From a virus (taxonomy: Duplodnaviria; Caudoviricetes): a stretch of 60,018 nt of DNA. The position numbers and the translations under genes were made by a program. The stretch covers positions 1 through 60,018 of the IMG/VR virus record IMGVR_UViG_3300020083_000009; one strand, 5' to 3'. The notes beneath the pieces were generated by a model. The model worked only from the letters and a program-made list of their open reading frames with translations, was not told the DNA's origin and did no database searches. This document shows, piece after piece, positions 26,801 to 36,656 of the stretch. The stretch's first letter is position 1; every line of letters begins with the position of its first letter.

Positions 26801-29193
26801 CTTAAAGATGTTACAACACCAATATTATTATATAAATTATTAATATTTGCATCATCTGTTACATCAAGATATGCAAAAGTATTAATTCCAGCACCAGTTA
26901 CAACAACACTTGTTGCATATAAATCACCAGTAAAGGTAGAAATACCTGCAACAGTAATATTGTTTAACTCGGCAGTACCAGCAGTTTGAACAATGTTATT
27001 TTCAGAACTACTAAACGTTGCAATACCAGATAAACTAGCATTGACAAGTTCTACTCCAGTAGAGTGAACAAATGAATTTCCAATGTCATAGCCAGTAGTA
27101 TGAATTCTAGTGTCAGCTCCAACAAATACTTCATTAGTAGTTCCCTTTAAAGTAATTGATGAAGTACCAACTGTAAGAATTCCAGTAACTCTAGCATTAC
27201 CATTGACAATTAAATCAGTATTACCAAATCCAATTTGAACATTTGCAAACGTGCTTATTCCAGTAACTTTAGCGTTTGTTGCGGTAAAGTGAGTAATTAC
27301 TCCAACATTTGCATTAAATGTACTAATAGAACCAATTCCACTATAGTAAATATTTGTTCCTTGAAGGAATAAAATATCTCCATCTCTTCCAATAAACTTA
27401 GTGGCAGTTACATTTGTATCGGTTAGTTGAATACCACCTACAGATAATCTGACACCATTTGGAACTAAGGTTGATCCAATGCCTACTGCATAATTAAACA
27501 ACCATGCATCGGTTGTACCAGCACCCATTGTGTTGGCTTTCACCCACAGTAATTGTTTGTAGGTACTTGGTAGTGTATTAATTCCACTTACAGTAAAGGG
27601 AACTAGTGAACTTCCTTCAGTCGATGCAATTGCAATACCGCCATGATTAGCTGTTGTATCTGATGAGGTATCATTTCCAGCTGTATTTGTAGTAAATCCA
27701 AGAATAATTTCTTTATCTTTAATCGTTAAATTCTGTGCAGTTAATGCAAGAGTTGTACCACCAACTGTTACGTTACCAGAAACGACTAAATCACTATTAA
27801 TTGTGACAGGAGCACTTAAAGTTGCACTGGTAGCATAGAGTGGACTTGCTAAAGTAGTAATACCAGCAACATAAAGATTGTTGTTGAGAATTGCACTGTT
27901 TGCGAGTGTTGTAACACCAGTAACACTTAGATTATTTGGAATTAAAACTACTGGAGTTGCAGTAGTACCAAAATTAATTGCCTGATTACCAGAAGCATTA
28001 TTAATACTTGATGCCCCAATGGTTCCTTGGAAGGCTACATTACCATTGGTATTGTAAATGTAGAATGAATTTGTTCCATCAGCTGCTTGAATATACCCAC
28101 TGCTAGGTCTAAAGCTGTTCGCAGTGATAATTCCTGTTGCATCTACACTTGTAGCAGAAAGAACACCAACTGTAGATATACCAGTGGCTCTAAAGTTTAC
28201 TGTTGTAGTAATGCCACCAATATTTAAGTTATTTGTAAGATTGACATCACCTGTTAAGGTTGAAATACCAGTAACTCTAAAGTTTCCAGTTGTAGTGATA
28301 CCAGAAACATTTAAATTGCTACTAAAGTTAGAATCGCCAGTGATTGTTGAGAATCCAGTGACTCTAAAGTTACCTGTTGTGGTGATACCACTGACATTTA
28401 AATTACTACTAAAGTTAGAATCGCCAGTGATTGTTGAGAATCCAGTGACTCTAAAGTTTCCCGTTGTGGTGATTCCAGTAACATTTAAGTTACTGTTGAT
28501 CATTGCTGGATTACTAAATGTAGAAACGCCAGATACTCTAATGGCGTTTGTAAATTCAGTATCACCTGTTAAGGTTGAAATGCCAGTAACCCTAAAGTTT
28601 CCAGTTGTAGTGATACCAGAAACATTCAAATTGCTACTAAAATTAGAATCACCAGTTAATGTAGAAACACCTGTAACTCTAAAGTTTCCTGTTGTGGTGA
28701 TTCCAGTAACATTTAAGTTACTGTTGATCATTGTACTTGAGGCAAACGTAGATACCCCAACTACTCGTAGATTATTATCAAAAGTAACATCACCAACAAA
28801 AGTAGTTACACCAACGTAGTATAATCCTCCAGTAAATCTTGTATCACCAACAAGATCTAAAGCATACTCAGCTTTTGGAGTTGTACGAATACCAACACTG
28901 CTAGTTCCATCAACACGAAAATTGGTATTAATATCCAATCCATAGATCGGATCTGTTTTGGCAATACCAACGTATCCATCCGTAAAGAAAGTATTGAAAA
29001 CTGTACTACCTAACCCAACTGCCCATGGGTTAATAAGAGTTATTGTTACTCCTACGCCAACACCACCTTGATCACGTTTAAAGTATGCTCTACCATCATA
29101 CGTGTTATAAGCTAATTCACCAAACTCTAGCTGCGATATGGATGGAAGTTTTCCAGGTACAGCAGATCTTCTTAACTTGATTGGTGTTGCCAT
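23884..29193 (-). CDS. long tail fibre-like protein (Mtd-N-like N-terminus, GIxT repeats)
   Basis: 1769 aa; IKLRRS..GKLP...GELAYNT.DG; beta-rich repeats. Confidence 0.8.
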   Translation of the reverse strand: MATPIKLRRSAVPGKLPSISQLEFGELAYNTYDGRAYFKRDQGGVGVGVTITLINPWAVGLGSTVFNTFFTDGYVGIAKTDPIYGLDINTNFRVDGTSSVGIRTTPKAEYALDLVGDTRFTGGLYYVGVTTFVGDVTFDNNLRVVGVSTFASSTMINSNLNVTGITTTGNFRVTGVSTLTGDSNFSSNLNVSGITTTGNFRVTGISTLTGDTEFTNAIRVSGVSTFSNPAMINSNLNVTGITTTGNFRVTGFSTITGDSNFSSNLNVSGITTTGNFRVTGFSTITGDSNFSSNLNVSGITTTGNFRVTGISTLTGDVNLTNNLNIGGITTTVNFRATGISTVGVLSATSVDATGIITANSFRPSSGYIQAADGTNSFYIYNTNGNVAFQGTIGASSINNASGNQAINFGTTATPVVLIPNNLSVTGVTTLANSAILNNNLYVAGITTLASPLYATSATLSAPVTINSDLVVSGNVTVGGTTLALTAQNLTIKDKEIILGFTTNTAGNDTSSDTTANHGGIAIASTEGSSLVPFTVSGINTLPSTYKQLLWVKANTMGAGTTDAWLFNYAVGIGSTLVPNGVRLSVGGIQLTDTNVTATKFIGRDGDILFLQGTNIYYSGIGSISTFNANVGVITHFTATNAKVTGISTFANVQIGFGNTDLIVNGNARVTGILTVGTSSITLKGTTNEVFVGADTRIHTTGYDIGNSFVHSTGVELVNASLSGIATFSSSENNIVQTAGTAELNNITVAGISTFTGDLYATSVVVTGAGINTFAYLDVTDDANINNLYNNIGVVTSLSGESLSYTSGTITALTNTDANITGILTAFCVKAEYAIVSYAATITDIKSNVGVITNLSSTTFYNSGIGSISTLLVNSGIVSSLTNTYSNITGILTATDVNVSSAATITTINSGIITSNVGVVSSFRNSYLLTNATSVGIKTADIALGITTNIIGINTSDIEVGDFVYAESIPSDASVTFISVGEIQINTTTTNDYIDTELVTIVRSNNAGIGSIRTLYVNSGIITTLTNTNANITGIITAAYANVSYAATISVINSGIITSNVGVVTDLRSTTFYNSGIGSISTLYVNSGFVTTFNITQSLSAPNLNVTGILTAVDFNTLNIVGSAATITTVNFQILNSSVGVVTHLGSTDFYNSGIGSISTLYVNSGIITTLNINESLSAPQLNVTGISTISYLTGTNISYSGIGTITNFNATESTLTNTNTSGIATVNIIYGTDAQFTGLGTITELRGTNLYYSGLSTAVNFRNTDTIVSGGASISTLKADVGIITHFTATNGYSAGITSLSTLNVNSGVVTTLTATNSTQTYLNGINIYYSGIGSISDLNANIGIVTFVSGTNLNYTGVATVGFASITNANISGITTINTLLISPNNQLAHLTNGVNLSFSGIGTISEKVITNVGLVTFVSGTNLNYTGIGTIQNLYGLGIGYTSADLEYIDNINIASSGIGTIQTLYANVGVVTTLSGTRATYTQADLTNTYTAGISSISDLRAAVGVVTFISGTNLNYAGVGTINFLKGNNLTYTGIVTLGIVTAQSISTVDFDLGGGGLNFTGIATFVNLQSTNTTAQFLTGTNLNYSGIGTISFLNSVQIQNSGFTTTTSLHVGVGGSILSAVSGIGSVGIGTTAAREKLHVYGNIMYGNDTNTGTARIGVTTTTAITIHETLSRLEYRSVEYQIQASTSGVGATGRYQFTKILAIHNGTVSYNVEYATVGTGTDVATYEVDIDEGIDAGYIRLQATPAQVGITTFVINFVGFRI
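28180..28760. repeat. tandem ~60-bp-period coding repeats
   Basis: Repeated NLNV(S/T)GITTTGNFRVTG(I/F/V)ST(L/I)TGD units. Confidence 0.85.
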
Positions 29194-29205
29194 CTAGCAA
29201 TCCTC

Positions 29206-29251
29206 GGTGGTATATACCCTAATGGTGGTATATACCACCATTTTCTATTTA
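29206..29251 (-). promoter_or_regulatory. late promoter followed by twin GGTATATACC palindromes in the 5' UTR
   Basis: TAAATA at 29251-29246; 22-bp palindrome 29221-29242; GGTGGTATATACC at 29206 and 29224. Confidence 0.7.
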
Positions 29252-32200
29252 GTTTTCTTTAACTCGTCAATTTCAGCTTTGAGTTCCTTGATTGCTTCAA
29301 TCAGAACTGGAATGATAGCAGTGTATTCAACTGTTTTCAGTCCCTTATCATCTTCTGAAATAATTTCAGGCAATACCTCTTCAACTTCTTGTGCGATCAA
29401 ACCAAGTTGATGCTTATCACAATCAATTCTATCATACTCAACTCCACGTAGACCAAGAATCTTAGCAAGAGATCCCTCAAGTGGTTTGATATTTGTCTTT
29501 AAGGAAAGATCAGAGGTAATCGTAATTTGAGTGGTAACTTGTAAGTTAGTAGCAAATAGTGTTGAACCACTATAGTAAAAATCAAGGTCTATATGTGGAA
29601 GATAGGTATTACCTCCACCACCAGAAGAACCCATCAGATAATACTGCCCACTGGTAATAGTATTGACTTGTACCGAACTTGCTGATGAAGCATTACCACT
29701 ACAAGAATTAGAAGAACCAAGAATACTAATATTCCAGCCCGTTCCCGATGCATTAGTACCATTAGCAGCAGCAGCACCTATGGTATTGTAAGAAATGGTT
29801 CTTGCTGCACTTCCGTCGAAAGTAGTTCCTGATCCATTTCCACCACCAGTATTAGTAAATGCGAGGGAAGCTACTGTAGCACCAGAAGAACCAAGAATAC
29901 TAATATTCCAGCCCGTTCCCGATGCATTAGTACCATTAGCAGCAGCAGCACCTATGGTATTATAAGAAACGATTATTGCTGCACTTCCGTTGTAATTAGT
30001 TCCTGATCCATTTCCACCACCACCATTATTAAATGTAATGTTAGTAAGATTATTTCCTAGAGATACACCACTGATCGTGGAATGGGCAAGTTTAGAAATT
30101 GCAATCGCTGCGGATCCACTAATGTCTGCATTTTCAATAGAACCTGCGGCATAAGCTGTAGTAAGTTGAACCGCTGAAGTTCCATCAAATGCAACTGCAC
30201 TTGCAGTTACATCACCAGTAAGATTAAAGTTTCTTGGCGTTGCAAGTTTCGTTGAAGTTGCAGCTAGTCCTACAAAGTTATTTGCATAAACATTTGCAAA
30301 TCTCTCATTAGCAGCACCAATATCACCACTGTTGGCAGTTTGAGGTAGAATGCTAGATGCTAATTTAGCATTAAACGTAACCGTGTCAGTGTTTGCATTG
30401 CCAAACGTAGTGTTACCCTCAAATGTAGCAAGTCCTGTTACAAAAAGACTTGATGTGGATGTAAGTCCTGTGACTGTTATAGATGGAGCTTGTACTGCGC
30501 TGAAGAATGTAGTTAACCCAGTAACCGCAAGACTTCCAGAAGCATCAAGTCTGTTTGAAATTGTTGCAACACCAACAGTTAAATCAGTACCACTAATATA
30601 TGGTAATGTTGAAAGACCAATTGAATTAACATTACCTGTTAAGTTTCCTGTTACATTTCCTGATACGTTTCCACTTAACGAAGCATTAATTGTGCCAGCA
30701 TTGAAGTTACCAGAACCATCTCTAGCAACAATAGTTGACGCAGTATTTGCAGATGTAGCATTTGATGTTACAGTGAACGTTGCTGCACCAGAGTTATTAA
30801 AAGTTGTTGATCCTGATAATCCAGTTCCAGAAGTATTAAGAGTTAGAGTATTTACTAAGTTTCCACTAAATGTGCTAGCAGTAACACTACCACCAACTAC
30901 AAGGTTATTTGTGGAAGGATTATACGAAATGCCAGGATCTACATAAACTTTTTCACCACCACCTGCTTGATTAACGCCAGTGCTGCTTGCCACAAATGAT
31001 AGGTAATGTGCGGCGTTTGTTGATACGCCAGTGGTAATGATATTTTTAGAGGCTGCAGCTGTTCCAGTAAATCCATCAGGGAATACAATATTAATAGTAT
31101 CAACTTCCAAGTTACCCATCTTAACATTGCCCGTGAAGGTAGATACACCAGCAACACTTACACTAGTATTTGTAGTAATTGCAACACGAGAAGTAGCAGA
31201 TCCACCAAAAGTTGTAATTCCTGCAAAGGAAATTCCTACTCCAGGTTGAGCATAAACACCAGAACCAGTAATAAATGTTGTAAAGCCAACATTTTGAACA
31301 TCACCAAGAGCGATTCTATTAACACTACCACCATTATCAAAGGTTACAATACCAGTAACTCTAAGTTGATCAAAAATAGCACCACCGCCAGAAATTTGAA
31401 GAAGATCTTGTGGTTGTGGAGTTCCAATACCAATTTTGTCAGGGGTAATGACTGTGGAATTTGTCTCTTGGCTAACAAGACCATATCTCTTCCATCCAGT
31501 TGCTGCACCAGTGTAAACCCAACCAAGATACTTACCAACCTCAGGGGTGCTGTTAAAGGTAACATCACCTTGAGTTACAACAGTTACAGGTGTTGAGATG
31601 CCAACAGTATACGATCTAACTTGTGTTGCATTGCCCTTAAGTTCCAACTTGATAGCTTCAATACCATCAGTTGCACTAGAGGTAAGTTTCTTATACAATG
31701 AAACTGGACCTCTAAATTCTGAGGATTGGAAGTTACCAATACCACCAGTTACCTTAAGACTATTATTAACTGTAATATCATCATAAGTTACTGAAAGACT
31801 TGAATCATTAATTCCAAGATATGTCTCAGTTGGAACATTAATTGAAATCTCAGTGTTATTGATTGGGCTAATAATCTTATTACCAATATAGAAATCACCA
31901 CTATCGTTAGTACCAGTATATGCAGCAGTACCACCATCACATTGCACTGATTGGGTTAGGAACTGTTCTTCACGACTTAAAATTCTATTCTGTCTTGATG
32001 GTAATGCAACAGCATAGTTACCATGACCAAAACCAACATATTCAAATGTATGACCAGATGCACGAATAATTGAATGTCTTCTAAGTTCTGTAGGAATTAC
32101 ACGAATCTTTCTTGCTAGTGAGTTTGCTTCGTGAGCATCTGCATCAGTTCCAAGAACACCTCTGATAATATCTGCAGTATTGGTTGCAGTATTAATTGAA

Positions 32201-35200
32201 CCAGAAATACGAACAATCTCGTTATCAATTTGTAAGAAATCGCCAGTGTTGAATCCAACAATACTACCACTTAAAGTAATTGAAGTGCCAGTAGTTGTAA
32301 TGCCTGCCGAAGAAATTGTTCCAATTCCAGCATAGAATGGAATCATTCGGTTTGCAATCTTTTCATCAGCAAGAGCAGTATCTGCAGATCTTGATTCGGT
32401 TGCTCCAGAAAGAATAAAGCAACTACCAGTAAACGCGGGATTGGTAACTCCAGCTCCAATAAAGAAGTTAAAGCTATTAACACTTAAACGAGTTGCTATC
32501 AGGAAAGTTCCGTTATAAACAGTTTGTGCAGCACCAACAACTGTAAATTTATTACCAGCTACAAGACCATGAGGTTGTGATGTAGTTACTGTTACAATTC
32601 CAGTTGCAGTGCTAGAATATTCAATTCCAGTTGCGACTGTAACCTCATCAGTTAATCTTACATAACCATTAATGCCAGTACTACCCGTGTAGATACCAGG
32701 ATTGCTGCCATTATCATAAGTTATAATCTTGCTACTTGTAATTCCAGCAATTCTATAAACACCGTTATAACCACTATTAGTTCTATTTCCAGTTGTACCA
32801 ACACCAACAACTTCAATTGCATCACCAATATTATTATTGATGGCAGTAACTTGTACAACAGCAGGAGACCATGAAGCTTGCGTAGCCACTCCAATGACGG
32901 TCATGGTCATGCCAATTCCATAGGCAGAACCACCATCAACTACAGTAACACCATCGATTGCACCAGCTGCACTTACTGAGACATTAGCTGTTGCACCTTC
33001 ACCAGTAATACCAACACCAACAAGCTTAGCATTATAAAGAACTGTGGTAATACCAGCATATCCATAATTTGCACCAGCAGAAACGATTGAGAGAGATCTT
33101 ACTGAGTTTAGATTATGATCAACTTCAGTGAAGATTGAAGTAATACCAGCATTATTTGCAGCTCCAGTTACAGCAATACCAATTCTGTTGTTGCGTAGGA
33201 AAGTTGATACAGTTTCCTTAGTAATACTATTTTGTCGATCATTGATTACAACTTTACCAAGTAAATCATTCTTAGCATTAGAAATTGATGATTGTGGATC
33301 AGAATTAAAGTTATCTCTGTCTAAGGTTGGATATAGATTTGCTGGACTCTGTGAGAAGTTATAATGATCAAAATAAGTATCTGATGGCGAAACATTACTT
33401 GTTAGGCAAGTTAAGTGATAAATTCCATCAGTCTTATTATACTCATGTGTTTGTAATTTATCAATGCTGTAGATATAAAAAGTATTCTTATACTCTTGCC
33501 TATAGACATAAGGAAGAGTTTCATTTCTTGTGGAGGATGTATCTACAAAGGTTCCAAGTGTAGTATCAACTGAATACTGGAATTGTTTTGAATTTAGAAC
33601 CGCAGTTACAGAATTAATTCCATTATATGCACGATTATCAAGGCGAGTTAAATTATCAGAACTCTTAACATTTTTAAGAGTTACTTTATCTCCAACTATG
33701 AAGTTATGTCGAGTTTCAGTAGTTACAGTGACTAAATCGTTGAGTGAATCATAAGAAACACTTGCAATAATTTTAGGATTTCTCTTTTTAATTTGATTAT
33801 CAACTAATGAAAATTCTGTAGAATTGCTAATACCACTTGTTCTTGATTCTTGAATAATAAAGTTTGTGGAGGGTTCTCTTGCAATCGTATACTCTTTAGG
33901 AATCACATAACGGAATCTGTAAATTCTATCATTTACAGAACGAGTATCAATTTTTCTTGTAATATATGACTTAGAACTTTCTCCAGTGATTAAAAATTGT
34001 CTGTAAGTTATAAATCCACTTCTGATTGTATTATTACCTGATGATGAAGTATTTACATACCAATTAAAATTGCTAGGGTCATATTGAATTGGGTGACCAA
34101 TTTCATTTGGTGCCTTGTCATTAACACGGCTAACGACTCTAAGGAGACCACCATTAGTGTTGTAAATATCAATTGGAATTGGTGTTCCAGAAATAGCATT
34201 ATTTAAGCTTCTAGAAAGTTGAATTTGATTTGCAAAAAGAGCACCACCAGTGATTGCATAGTATAGTTGATTTGCTTCAAGTCCATCAGGAGTTAAGCCA
34301 TTATCGCTTAAAACACGAACACTCTCACCAGTAAACAGTGTATGTGGTGCTTCTAAGTTTAGAGTATTACCAGAAGTGATACTGTTTGCCGCGCCAACAC
34401 GAATAACTTTAAATTCTTTTTCTGAAGTTGGTCCGTCTGCTCCACTAGGAATGGGCATTAAAATAGGAGCAGAAAGAGTTACTTCAGAGGTTGCTGTTGC
34501 AACGTTAACATAGAGAATCTCGTCTCTTTTAGCACCAACTGAAAAAGAGTCTACAATGTGTGGAGGTGGATTATCCGCACGGGTTGATCCAAATAGATAA
34601 ATTCTGTTCGTTGTTGAAATCCCAGGAGCATTGGTTGTTAAACCAACATTAAGTGACAACCAAGTTTTTGTATCAGCACTAGTTGCTATGTCCTTTGGTG
34701 GAATGATGTGAGTAATGTAGCCAACATCATCTCTGTCAAAGGCTCTTTCTTGGAATCCTTTAGCAACAAGTGATCTTGCACCAAAGTTAGAGTTAGAGTT
34801 GGTAATTGAAATATCACCACCAGACTCTACAAGGAAATGTTGAGAGAAACCGATAGAGAAGATTGAAACTGCCTGAATGAATGAGGAGTTAGAAACCCTT
34901 ACATGATAAGTTTCATAATCAGGCTTATAAATTGCACTTGAATTTAAGTGTAAAGGAAGTGATGAAATACCAGCGTTGATTGCGGTGTCATTATCCTGAT
35001 AAGTTCCAGTATTTCTATTATAGATTACAAATGCATTATCATCACGTTGTAGAGAAATACCAGTGAACTGTGCTACAACGATTGATTTAAATCCAGAAGC
35101 TTTTGAACCGTCTCCATGGAGACCATTCATGCCATATGTAGATCTTAGTGAACAGTTAAAAATGTATGGAGAGGCACCATTAACGTTATCTGGTTCGATA

Positions 35201-36276
35201 ATTGCTTTTTCATCACCAGTTAAAACTACACCAGCCGTTGCGGGAATAGCGCCGATGTTAACTTGAAATCTCTTATCACTAGAGACACCAACAACAACCC
35301 ACGATCCATTATAAACTGTTGAAGTAAATCCAGAAATTCTTACAACATCATCCTTAGAAAGACCATGATCTATAGAAGTATCAACAGTAACTGTTAAAGG
35401 ATTGGCAGAAACCGCAGCAGCACTACTAATACCAATATCATTTGCATTTACAGCGCCAACAATCTTAAATTCTGGTATTGATGGTTGAAAATCTTCACCA
35501 GCTGGATAATCGAGAATATCTCTTCCAGAAGTTGCACCATAAGCTCTTGTAAGCTTATAATAATACATCTGAAGATCAGTAATACCTGAGGATGTACCGA
35601 TACCAACACCATTTACACCATCTGCATACTCAAAGCAGGATAGTTTATGGTGAGAGAAGGTTGGAGCTTTTAAATTTCTTGTATTATTAAAGTAAACGCT
35701 ACCATTAATATCACCATCAAAGATAGAAAACTGCCAGAAGTAGCAACCACCAGTAATTTTAAATATAGATGCTGGTTTTACTGTTGCAGTATAAGGATCT
35801 GGAACATACTTAGGTCTAATCTTAGTTTTACGAAGATCAAGACCTACAATTGATGTACCTCTAGGTACAATAATACCACCCTCTACTGAGTTGAATTTAT
35901 ATAGATCATTATCAGCATCTTCAATATCGTAATTACTATTATTTGTTAGTTGTAAAACAGTTTGTACCTGCCCATTAACATCACGGAAGGATGCAGTTCC
36001 AGAGGAGTCTACAACACTAAATCCAGGTCTATTGTCTAAGATATATGTTCCTGGCATTAACAGAATCGTAGTTCTGTCAAATCTATCGTTTTCTACACCA
36101 ATATTATAAGAAAAACGAGCAGCTTCAATCAGTGCTCTTTGAAGTGTTTTAAATGGTTTTGTCTGCGAATTACCCTGATTCTCAATAGAGTCTGTAGAAT
36201 CTAAATCAGATGGATTGACGTAAATAATATTGCCATCTACATTTTTGAGAAAATTTTCCAGTCTACTTAGAGGCAT
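29245..36276 (-). CDS. giant tail fibre/spike protein with C-terminal peptidase S74 chaperone
   Basis: 2343 aa; MPLSRLENFLKN..GNIIYV N-terminus; SDLSLKTNI...GLIAQEVE..PE. Confidence 0.85.
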   Translation of the reverse strand: MPLSRLENFLKNVDGNIIYVNPSDLDSTDSIENQGNSQTKPFKTLQRALIEAARFSYNIGVENDRFDRTTILLMPGTYILDNRPGFSVVDSSGTASFRDVNGQVQTVLQLTNNSNYDIEDADNDLYKFNSVEGGIIVPRGTSIVGLDLRKTKIRPKYVPDPYTATVKPASIFKITGGCYFWQFSIFDGDINGSVYFNNTRNLKAPTFSHHKLSCFEYADGVNGVGIGTSSGITDLQMYYYKLTRAYGATSGRDILDYPAGEDFQPSIPEFKIVGAVNANDIGISSAAAVSANPLTVTVDTSIDHGLSKDDVVRISGFTSTVYNGSWVVVGVSSDKRFQVNIGAIPATAGVVLTGDEKAIIEPDNVNGASPYIFNCSLRSTYGMNGLHGDGSKASGFKSIVVAQFTGISLQRDDNAFVIYNRNTGTYQDNDTAINAGISSLPLHLNSSAIYKPDYETYHVRVSNSSFIQAVSIFSIGFSQHFLVESGGDISITNSNSNFGARSLVAKGFQERAFDRDDVGYITHIIPPKDIATSADTKTWLSLNVGLTTNAPGISTTNRIYLFGSTRADNPPPHIVDSFSVGAKRDEILYVNVATATSEVTLSAPILMPIPSGADGPTSEKEFKVIRVGAANSITSGNTLNLEAPHTLFTGESVRVLSDNGLTPDGLEANQLYYAITGGALFANQIQLSRSLNNAISGTPIPIDIYNTNGGLLRVVSRVNDKAPNEIGHPIQYDPSNFNWYVNTSSSGNNTIRSGFITYRQFLITGESSKSYITRKIDTRSVNDRIYRFRYVIPKEYTIAREPSTNFIIQESRTSGISNSTEFSLVDNQIKKRNPKIIASVSYDSLNDLVTVTTETRHNFIVGDKVTLKNVKSSDNLTRLDNRAYNGINSVTAVLNSKQFQYSVDTTLGTFVDTSSTRNETLPYVYRQEYKNTFYIYSIDKLQTHEYNKTDGIYHLTCLTSNVSPSDTYFDHYNFSQSPANLYPTLDRDNFNSDPQSSISNAKNDLLGKVVINDRQNSITKETVSTFLRNNRIGIAVTGAANNAGITSIFTEVDHNLNSVRSLSIVSAGANYGYAGITTVLYNAKLVGVGITGEGATANVSVSAAGAIDGVTVVDGGSAYGIGMTMTVIGVATQASWSPAVVQVTAINNNIGDAIEVVGVGTTGNRTNSGYNGVYRIAGITSSKIITYDNGSNPGIYTGSTGINGYVRLTDEVTVATGIEYSSTATGIVTVTTSQPHGLVAGNKFTVVGAAQTVYNGTFLIATRLSVNSFNFFIGAGVTNPAFTGSCFILSGATESRSADTALADEKIANRMIPFYAGIGTISSAGITTTGTSITLSGSIVGFNTGDFLQIDNEIVRISGSINTATNTADIIRGVLGTDADAHEANSLARKIRVIPTELRRHSIIRASGHTFEYVGFGHGNYAVALPSRQNRILSREEQFLTQSVQCDGGTAAYTGTNDSGDFYIGNKIISPINNTEISINVPTETYLGINDSSLSVTYDDITVNNSLKVTGGIGNFQSSEFRGPVSLYKKLTSSATDGIEAIKLELKGNATQVRSYTVGISTPVTVVTQGDVTFNSTPEVGKYLGWVYTGAATGWKRYGLVSQETNSTVITPDKIGIGTPQPQDLLQISGGGAIFDQLRVTGIVTFDNGGSVNRIALGDVQNVGFTTFITGSGVYAQPGVGISFAGITTFGGSATSRVAITTNTSVSVAGVSTFTGNVKMGNLEVDTINIVFPDGFTGTAAASKNIITTGVSTNAAHYLSFVASSTGVNQAGGGEKVYVDPGISYNPSTNNLVVGGSVTASTFSGNLVNTLTLNTSGTGLSGSTTFNNSGAATFTVTSNATSANTASTIVARDGSGNFNAGTINASLSGNVSGNVTGNLTGNVNSIGLSTLPYISGTDLTVGVATISNRLDASGSLAVTGLTTFFSAVQAPSITVTGLTSTSSLFVTGLATFEGNTTFGNANTDTVTFNAKLASSILPQTANSGDIGAANERFANVYANNFVGLAATSTKLATPRNFNLTGDVTASAVAFDGTSAVQLTTAYAAGSIENADISGSAAIAISKLAHSTISGVSLGNNLTNITFNNGGGGNGSGTNYNGSAAIIVSYNTIGAAAANGTNASGTGWNISILGSSGATVASLAFTNTGGGNGSGTTFDGSAARTISYNTIGAAAANGTNASGTGWNISILGSSNSCSGNASSASSVQVNTITSGQYYLMGSSGGGGNTYLPHIDLDFYYSGSTLFATNLQVTTQITITSDLSLKTNIKPLEGSLAKILGLRGVEYDRIDCDKHQLGLIAQEVEEVLPEIISEDDKGLKTVEYTAIIPVLIEAIKELKAEIDELKKTK
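29711..30035. repeat. 174-bp-period tandem duplication
   Basis: Two copies of SYNTIGAAAANGTNASGTGWNISILGSS starting 29711 and 29885. Confidence 0.9.
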
Positions 36277-36328
36277 TGATATTAACCAATAGAGCTATTA
36301 TGTTTTATTTATAACTTCATTTTTTGAA

Positions 36329-36401
36329 TGGAGAATAGGGGACTTGAACCCCTGACTTGCAGCTTGCAAAGCTGCCACTCTACCAACTGAGTTAATTCCC
36401 C
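36329..36401 (-). tRNA. tRNA-Ala(UGC)
   Basis: Cloverleaf GGGGAAT..., anticodon arm GCAGC-TTTGCAA-GCTGC, GGTTCAAGTCC. Confidence 0.95.
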
Positions 36402-36506
36402 TGGCGGCCCTTTTGTTTAATGGAGGAGTAGCCGATCCCCACTATGAGAATAGGATTTGGACTCCTATTCTGTTTGTAGGAAGAACCAGACATGTCCAGA
36501 TCTTCC
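36402..36506 (-). ncRNA. candidate structured RNA between tRNAs
   Basis: Two hairpins plus a possible pseudoknot ending in CCA. Confidence 0.4.
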
Positions 36507-36507
36507 A

Positions 36508-36579
36508 AGCCCTCGACTGGATTTGAACCAGCGACCAATGGTTTACAAAACCATTGCTCTACCACTGAGCTACAAGGGC
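36508..36579 (-). tRNA. tRNA-Thr(UGU)
   Basis: GCCCTTG..., anticodon arm AATGG-TTTGTAA-CCATT, GGTTCAAATCC. Confidence 0.95.
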
Positions 36580-36656
36580 AAAAAACCTATTTAGAAAATT
36601 TTTGGCGGGATTTTTTTCCGACCTTTTTTGAAACTAAAAGTCAATTTTGGTTTAGG

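Noticed and set aside
28180-28760. Regularly spaced repeats resembling a CRISPR array
   Set aside because: Degenerate at codon third positions, no unique spacers, and fully inside a CDS
29711-30035. Near-identical repeats near a fibre C-terminus suggesting a DGR TR/VR pair
   Set aside because: Both copies are in-frame tandem coding units, differences are not adenine-specific, and there is no reverse transcriptase in the window
14326-35266. Many plus-strand ORFs antisense to the fibre genes (e.g. 28124..28819, 30350..30946)
   Set aside because: Shadow frames of Gly/Thr/Val-rich repeats (P/V/L-rich), with no SD or promoter support
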